Part shown: piece after piece, positions 57,216-64,000 of the stretch
How the letters are laid out: every line of letters begins with the position of its first letter
How positions within the stretch are numbered: position 1 is the stretch's first letter
Origin: the human T2T-CHM13v2.0 reference genome, Homo sapiens
DNA length: 64,000 nt
Direction of reading: 5' to 3'
NCBI GenBank assembly: GCA_009914755.4
Contig: CP068257.2
Coordinates: 25,088,001-25,152,000 of the forward strand
Program-made: the position numbers and the translations under genes
Notes under the pieces: generated by a model
The model's database searches: none
What the model was told of the DNA's origin: nothing
The model's input: the letters and a program-made list of their open reading frames with translations, nothing else

Positions 57216-58529
57216 TCCAAATATTCTGGAATTCTCTTCAACATTTTGACTAATTACCACATGGCCTTGTCGTAGTCCTAGAATGTCAGTACCTGAGGAA
57301 ACTTCTGGTTGGAAAAGCTTTTTTTTTTTTGCACTCAGGACTAAATTTCTCTTTTTGGTTTGATTTTTTTCCTCTGAGCCAAATTTGAATAAGCCTGGTA
57401 ATTTTTACCCAAGATAATTCCTCACATATTTGATAATAGCTATTCCATTCTCTATAAAATTTATCTTTACAGAATGTTTGTATAAGTCATAATAAATAAA
57501 ACTAAAAAAACTAAAGACGTGATTTCTTCAAGTTCATGTAATTATATTAGACCCATGTTGTTATATTTTACATATTGAAAAGAAAAATAAAAGTAAAAGT
57601 CAGGACTAGAAAAACATTAGTAGAAAACAAAATACATATTTGTTTTTAAAGTTAAATTTCTCAATTAAATATTGTGAGCATATCAGATATCTAAGTGTAC
57701 TATTGTATCATTCAAAAGTCTGCATTATACTATTAATATAATCTAAATGGTTTTAATAGTTTCTATTTTCAAAAGATCTAGTAATAGGCTTAATTCAGTA
57801 TAAAACATCTACCATATCATTTTTATCTTTATTGATGAAACACAAGACATGGACAACTGACCCACTGTTTTACAAAAGTGATTTCTTTTTGTGATATGAG
57901 TGCTTGTTTAGTCTAAAAATAACAAAGCTAATGTTAAAAAATATAATAGACTATTCTGTTGGCTTTGCTATAACAAATGGAACAGTGTATCACTTCGGAT
58001 GTACTTGTCATTATTGAACAAAACATAAAGTTAATGAGATGGTGTCCTTAAGACATAAGTATGGTTCTCCAGATGGTAATGAATTTAGACTTTAGTCTCT
58101 CTTCTCGGCAGACTCTCATATCTAATTTGTTGAGATTTTGCACTGCTTTCTTATGAATTATTCTATTTGACAGGTAATATGACATAAAAGATTTCCTTGA
58201 CAGGTAGTATTTTAGAAATGTAATATTTGTACCTTTTATTTTTAAAGGGTGGGCCCCTTAGATCATTTCCATAGATGAAGTAACATCATGAAAAAAATAA
58301 ATGTTCTTTCCTGGCCTTCAATGTTACTGGTCTCCTATTGATGCGAATGTAAGTTATTAATGCATTATTTACATTGTTAGCAACCTTGATAATATACGGG
58401 GCATCTGAATTTATCTACAGCTTTGAACCATCATCTCCAAAGCCTCTCCCATGCTTTCTATTTTCCTTGAAAATCCTTTTCTGTCTTAACACATATTCAC
58501 GTTTGTATCTTATTAGCTTTATTTTCTTG

Positions 58530-58800
58530 TTTTTTTTTTTGAGACGGAGTCTCGTTCTGTCGCCCAGGCTGGACTGCAGTGGCCCTATCTCGGCTCACTG
58601 CAAGCTCCGCCTCCCGGGTTCATGCCATTCTCCTGCCTCAGCCTCCTGAGCAGCTGGGACTACAGGCTCCCACCACCACGCCCGACTAATTTTTTGTATT
58701 TTTAGTAGAGACGGGGTTTCACCGTGTTAGCCAGGATGGTCTCTATCTCCTGACCTCGTGATCCACCCGCCTCGGCCTCCCAAAGTCCTGCGATTACAGG
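58530..58800 (-). mobile_element. Alu (AluY-like), missing ~20 nt of its 5' end
   Basis: (t)11gagacggagtctcgttctgtcgcccaggctggactgcagtggccctatctcggctcactgcaagctccgcctcccgggttcatgccattctcctgcc...ctcggcctcccaaagtcctgcgattacagg. Confidence 0.93.
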
Positions 58801-59645
58801 ATTAACTTTATTTTCATGTGTTTCATAACGCTGACTGCTAACCCTTGAGATCTGAACAGTTAAGTTTATTTATATTTTGTTTTCACATTTGTATTTGTCC
58901 CATGATTAACGTAATTGTTCTTGACTTGAGTTGTCTTGATGTTAGCAGTCAAGTTGGTGAAGGATATTACCAACAAATTACTCTGCTTAAAGTAGCTGTA
59001 CTCAGTTCGGGCCAAATATTAGCCGTCAGTTACTGTTACACGCAATTTTGGGGTCACTTCCTGACCTCTTATTCTTACGCACAACTGCCGTGGATATCAG
59101 CATCAGTGCAACTGGAACTGAGCGTGAGTGTCCAGCTAGGACTTGGCGTGGAAGTCACTGACAGCAGAACTTGGCTCAGGATTTGTTTAAATGGAGTAGC
59201 TCATGTTGGACTACAGGAAAGAGGAAAAAGAAAATAAAGGAAACTTCTGCCTATTTTGGAGTTGTCTAGCAGGACAAAATGCTTGAAGCTTGGAATATGA
59301 AACAAATGAATTACAGAAGATTTTGTGATATGACATTAAAAATCAGAAAGCCTACATGATAAATTTAATTCCTTACAATGAAAAACCACCCATAGAAAAT
59401 AAGTAAGTCAACAAATCAATCATGTTATTCATTTCTTATCTTTTTCCAGCATATCCTGAAATCTGCTCAAGGGCTTCCCAGTTTTCCCTTTCAAGTCGAC
59501 TGTCAGCAAAGGATTCTGATTTTATCCAATGTAAATTCTTTCATACCCTTGTCTCTTGCTCTCAAATACCTGGCTTCATACTTTCTGTCACAGATGTGAA
59601 GGTGTCTTTCTTCTTAAACTCTCCACTCACTGACTCTCTTGATCT

Positions 59646-59780
59646 TAATTTTTGTATTTTTAGTAGAGACGGGTTTCACCATGTTGGCCAGGCTGGTCTT
59701 GAACTTCTGACCTGAGGTGATCCACACACCTCAGCTTCTTAAAATGCTGGATTTACAGGCATGAGCCACCGCGCCTGGCC
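59646..59780 (-). mobile_element. Partial Alu (left monomer region only)
   Basis: taatttttgtatttttagtagagacgggtttcaccatgttggccaggctggtcttgaacttctgacctgaggtgatccacacacctcagcttcttaaaatgctggatttacaggcatgagccaccgcgcctggcc. Confidence 0.88.
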
Positions 59781-59791
59781 CCTGTGCATTC

Positions 59792-60094
59792 TTTTTTTTT
59801 CTTTTCTTTTTTTGAGACAGAGTCTTGCTCTGTTGCCAGGCTGGAGTGCAGTGGCACGATCTCGGCTCACTGCAACCTCCGCCTCCTGGGGGTTCAAGCG
59901 ATTCTCCTGCCTCAGCCTTCCGAGTAGCTGGGACTACAGGCACGCACCACCATGCCTGGCTAATTTTTGTATTTTTAGTAGAGACGGGGTTTCACCATGT
60001 TGGCCAGGATGGTCTCGATCTGCTGACCTCGTGATCCGCCCACCTCGGCCTCCCAAAGTGCTGGGATTACAAGCGTGAGCCACCGTGCCCAGCC
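59792..60094 (-). mobile_element. Alu (full length) with 12-13-bp TSD, inserted next to the partial Alu
   Basis: ttttttttcttttctttttttgagacagagtcttgctctgttgccaggctggagtgcagtggcacgatctcggctcactgcaacctccgcctcc...aagtgctgggattacaagcgtgagccaccgtgcccagcc. TSD cctgtgcattc (59781-59791) and cactgtgcattc (60095-60106). Confidence 0.95.
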
Positions 60095-61376
60095 CACTGT
60101 GCATTCTTAATTCAGATATTGGAGAGTGAGATCTCTCTGATGAAATTCACTGGACGAAGATTTTGCCCTGGATTACCTGATAGACTGGAGTTACCCTGTT
60201 AAATGTTTGTCTTTGATAACCAGTCTTGGTCCAGTCACTTCTGGGCTGAATGAACAGGATTATATGATAATAAACATTGATATCTACAGCCATGAAGATG
60301 ATAAAATAGCTTCATTTAGTCAGGTCGGGGGGTGTTTCCAGCCAGGTTTCGAGTGTAAGTTTGTCATTTTCTCCTCTGCCATCAAATTTGCACATTCCCA
60401 GCCAGTGCTCCACCCATCTTGAGATCAAAATTTAAGAAGCATCAAAACATTCACTAATCAAGGTAAATAACATTTTAAGTGCAACATTTAAAATCAAAAT
60501 TTATACAAAAAAATACATGGTGAACAAAATATCAAAATGTATTACTGGTTTTTCCTGTTCCTCAGGCTTTACTATGGCCTGGTTTGGCACTGATCCCAAC
60601 TGCTCCAACTAAAATAAAATAAAAATGTGCCCTTTTTAGTTACAGTTTTGCTTGTTCCTTCCTGCAAGCCTGCTAAGTCTATTTCTTTGAGGTCTATTTC
60701 TGCTGAATCTGTTTTGAAATATAAATATTTGGACATTTAATTCTATATGGTTAAGAGACTTCCTAATTCAGAGCAGATTTTGTGATTATACATAGTTAGG
60801 AAAACTCTCACTAGATAGATTCATGGTTCTTGCTAAAATTGAAGGTACAGATAAAAGGGGAAAGAAGCAAAGCATAAAAAATTTGAAACAATGGTGTAAA
60901 AATGTGTTGGGGAATCATAATAGGGCTCAGGGCTACTGAGAAAACATAAATGTTCTCTCTTCCCCACCAAGGTCCTGATTACCCTTGAACTTGCCATATT
61001 ATTCAATGATTTAGACTGGCTCCTCTTGGTTGAAACGTTTTTAGGAAACCAGGTTCTCATGATTCCCTCACACCCCTGTCTCATGCCTCTTATTTTTTTT
61101 ATTGCCATTTTCTCTTTCTCCCACCTTCTCAAGAAACGTGTAATTCAAGGCTCAATCCTCAGAATTCTTGCTTTTCTTTTTCATTACCTTAACAATCTCA
61201 TTCACCCTCACAGTCCAATTTTCATCCCTACAGAGATCCCTCCAGAACAACACATCTCCAGCCCTGGACTTCTCTATTTCTAACAGTTCTTGTATTTGTC
61301 CTTTGTCTCTACTGCTCCACCTTACCTTCCTACATGTCCATATCACCTCACAGCTAGACCTGTCACCTCACACCTA

Positions 61377-61714
<338 letters not shown>

Positions 61715-61827
61715 ACGGGGACATGTAGTTAGCTCCAAAACCAGTCTTACTTTTTTACTTTATTGAAGGATATCAATGTTTTATTTGCTTGAGATAAGTT
61801 AGTTAATATACAATTTCATTTATACAG

Positions 61828-62137
61828 TTTTTTTATTTATTTTATTTTTTTATTTTTTGACACGGAGTCTCACTCTGTCACCCAGGCTGGAGTGCGGTGG
61901 TGCAATCTTGGCTCACAGAAAGCTCCGCCTCCCAGGTTCACGCATTCTCCTGCCTCAGCCTCCTGAGTAGCTGGGACTACGGGCATCTGCCAACAAGCCC
62001 GGCTAATTTTTTGTATTTTTAGTACAGATGGAGTTTCACCATGTTGGCCAGGATGGCCTCGATCTCCTGACCTCGTGATCCGCCCGTCTCGGCCGCCCAA
62101 AGTGCTGGGATTACAGGCGTGAGCCACCGTGCCCAGC
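61828..62137 (-). mobile_element. Alu (full length)
   Basis: T-rich lead, then gacacggagtctcactctgtcacccaggctggagtgcggtggtgcaatcttggctcacagaaagctccgcctcccagg...cccaaagtgctgggattacaggcgtgagccaccgtgcccagcc. Confidence 0.95.
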
Positions 62138-62353
62138 CTATTTAGTTCTTATAGAGAAGGAATATGTTAAATGAATTGTTATCTTAAAATAACTCTTTAG
62201 GGAATGGTGAGATAGCTACAAGAGGTATCTGCTATTCAGGTCTGAATACCATCTCACCTTTAAAGAAGAATATCCTTATAATGAAGCATTGTTCTTTCTA
62301 GCCTGTTCACTAGGTAGAGAAGCAAACATGACAGGGAGTAAATCATACATTTT

Positions 62354-62996
62354 TTCTTCTGAGAGTATTTCTTTTTTATTTATTTATTTATTTTTAAATT
62401 TTATTATTATTATACTTTAAGTTTTGTGGTACAAGTGCACAATGTGCAGGTTTGTTGCATATGTATGCATGTGTCATGTTGGTGTGCTGTACCCATTAAC
62501 TTGTCATTTAACATTAGGTATATCTCCTAATGCTATCCCTCCCCCCTCCCCCCACGCCACAACAGTCCCTGGAGTGTGATGTTCCCCTTCCTGTGTCCAT
62601 GTGTTCTCATTGTTCAGTTCCCACCTATGAGTGAGAACATGCGGTGTTTGGTTTTTTGTCCTTGTGATAGTTTGCTGAGAATGATGGTTTCCAGTTTCAT
62701 CTATGTCCCTACAAAGGACATGAACTCATCATTTTTTATGGCTGCATAGTATTCCATGGTGTATATGTGCCACATTTTCTTAATCCAGTCTATTGTTGTT
62801 GGACATTTGTGTTGGTTCCAAGTCTTTGCTATTGTGAATAGTGCCACTATAAACATACATGTGCATGTGTGTTTATAGCAGCATGATTTATAATTCTTTG
62901 GGTATATACCCAATAATGGGATGGCTGGGTCAAATGGTATTTCTAGTTCTAGATCCCTGAGGAATCGCCACACTGACTTCCACAGTGGTTGAACTA
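62354..62996 (-). mobile_element. L1PA 3' end (5'-truncated insertion, ~640 bp) with 15-16-bp TSD
   Basis: ORF 62701..63009 (-) reads LVQPLWKSVWRFLRDLELEIPFDPAIPLLGIYPKNYKSCCYKHTC...WIKKMWHIYTMEYYAAIKNDEFMSFVGT, which is the L1 ORF2p C-terminus. The plus strand has ttattattattatactttaagttttgtggtacaagtgcacaatgtgcaggtttgttgcatatgtatgcatg, the antisense L1 3'UTR. TSD gtaaatcatacattt at 62338-62352 and 62997-63011. Confidence 0.93.
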
Positions 62997-64000
62997 GTAA
63001 ATCATACATTTAACCAGAAATACATGTATTTGCTAACCTTGTTTCTTGATTCATTTATTTTTTTCAACATTCAATAAATATTTTTTTTTAGTTCCTACCA
63101 TGCGCCAAATAATATACTAGGCACTGGCACAGGAGTAGGTTTTATAGTACAGGAGTGAATACAAGAGTCAAGAATATATTTCTTAATGAGGCTCACATTT
63201 TAAGACAACTCAGCCATATTAGATGGCTATAGGTGCTCAAGAGAATAATAAAGTAAGGGAGATATGGAGTGAGGAGTTTGCAATGTTAGTTAAGATAGCT
63301 GAGAAGATGATATATGAGAAAAGAACTAAAGTGTAGAGTTAAACATGCAAATATCTGGGAGAAGCAGATTCTAGACAGAATAAAGAGCAAGGGCAAAGAC
63401 TGAGGAGGAAGTGTGCTTGGCAAGTTTAAGGAACAGCAACTATGGCTAAAGCTGAGTTAATAGAAAAGGATATAGGATAAGAGTAATGGTGGGGGGTGGT
63501 CAAATCAGGTAAAGCCTTGTTGGACATTGTAAAGAACTTTGGCTTCTCTTTTGAGAAATTGGAAAGGATAATTCTGAACAAAGAACGAAAAGAATTTCCC
63601 TGTATTTTAACAGGATCACACTGGTGAAAATTCTTAATAGACTGGAGCCGAATGAGAATGCGGAAATGGATGTAGGGATGCCTATTTGGAGGGTACTGCA
63701 ATACTCCAGGTGACAGATGTTGGTGGCTTGGACCAAGATGGTGGCAATAGAAGTTGTAACAGTGATTAGGATAGGGAATTCTTTGAAAGTAGATACCGTA
63801 AGATTTACTGATGATCTGAAGTATGAAGATATGAATGAAATGTGAGAAACAGAGAGGAGTACAAAATAACTTCATAAATTTTGGACTGAGGACTTGGAAA
63901 AAGAAACTGCCATTTCCTTAGAAGGGGAAGCTTCAGAAGACACAGATTTTTGTTTTTTTGTTTTGTTTTGTTTTTAAGTAAGGGTAGTGGTGGCAGGGAA

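Noticed and set aside
59020-59050. Short similarity (cgtcagttactgttacacgcaa) to the hY RNA stem region (cagtcagttacagatcgaac)
   Set aside because: Only about 12 scattered matching bases. The conserved Y RNA terminal stem and pol III terminator are absent.
58845-59237. 130-aa plus-strand ORF over the CpG-retaining unique block
   Set aside because: The translation is not protein-like (runs of S/V/L, no motifs). I kept the region as a non-coding curiosity only.
63426-63875. Longest ORF in the window (149 aa, minus strand)
   Set aside because: Low-complexity, H/P/F/I-rich translation with no recognisable domain or family resemblance. It sits in AT-rich non-conserved-looking sequence with no splice or promoter context I can see. 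Chance ORFs of this size are expected in 64 kb of AT-rich DNA.

Overview
This window is primate nuclear DNA, almost certainly human or great ape, and not prokaryotic. The sequence is AT-rich, CpG-depleted and filled with interspersed repeats. I found 21 Alu copies plus three Alu fragments or monomers, several L1 fragments, a solo LTR7, MaLR-type LTR fragments, two small DNA-transposon MITEs, several (CA)n/(GT)n microsatellites, and one 391-bp AT-rich palindrome.

I found no convincing protein-coding exon, RNA gene, CRISPR array or operon-like system. Every ORF in the six-frame track is at most 149 aa, and most of these ORFs fall inside repeats. The region looks like intronic or intergenic DNA from a gene-poor, AT-rich isochore.

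All coordinates were read by eye against repeat consensus sequences I remember, so boundaries are approximate to about 10 bp. Subfamily names are tentative. Unannotated stretches probably contain more ancient repeats that I could not place.
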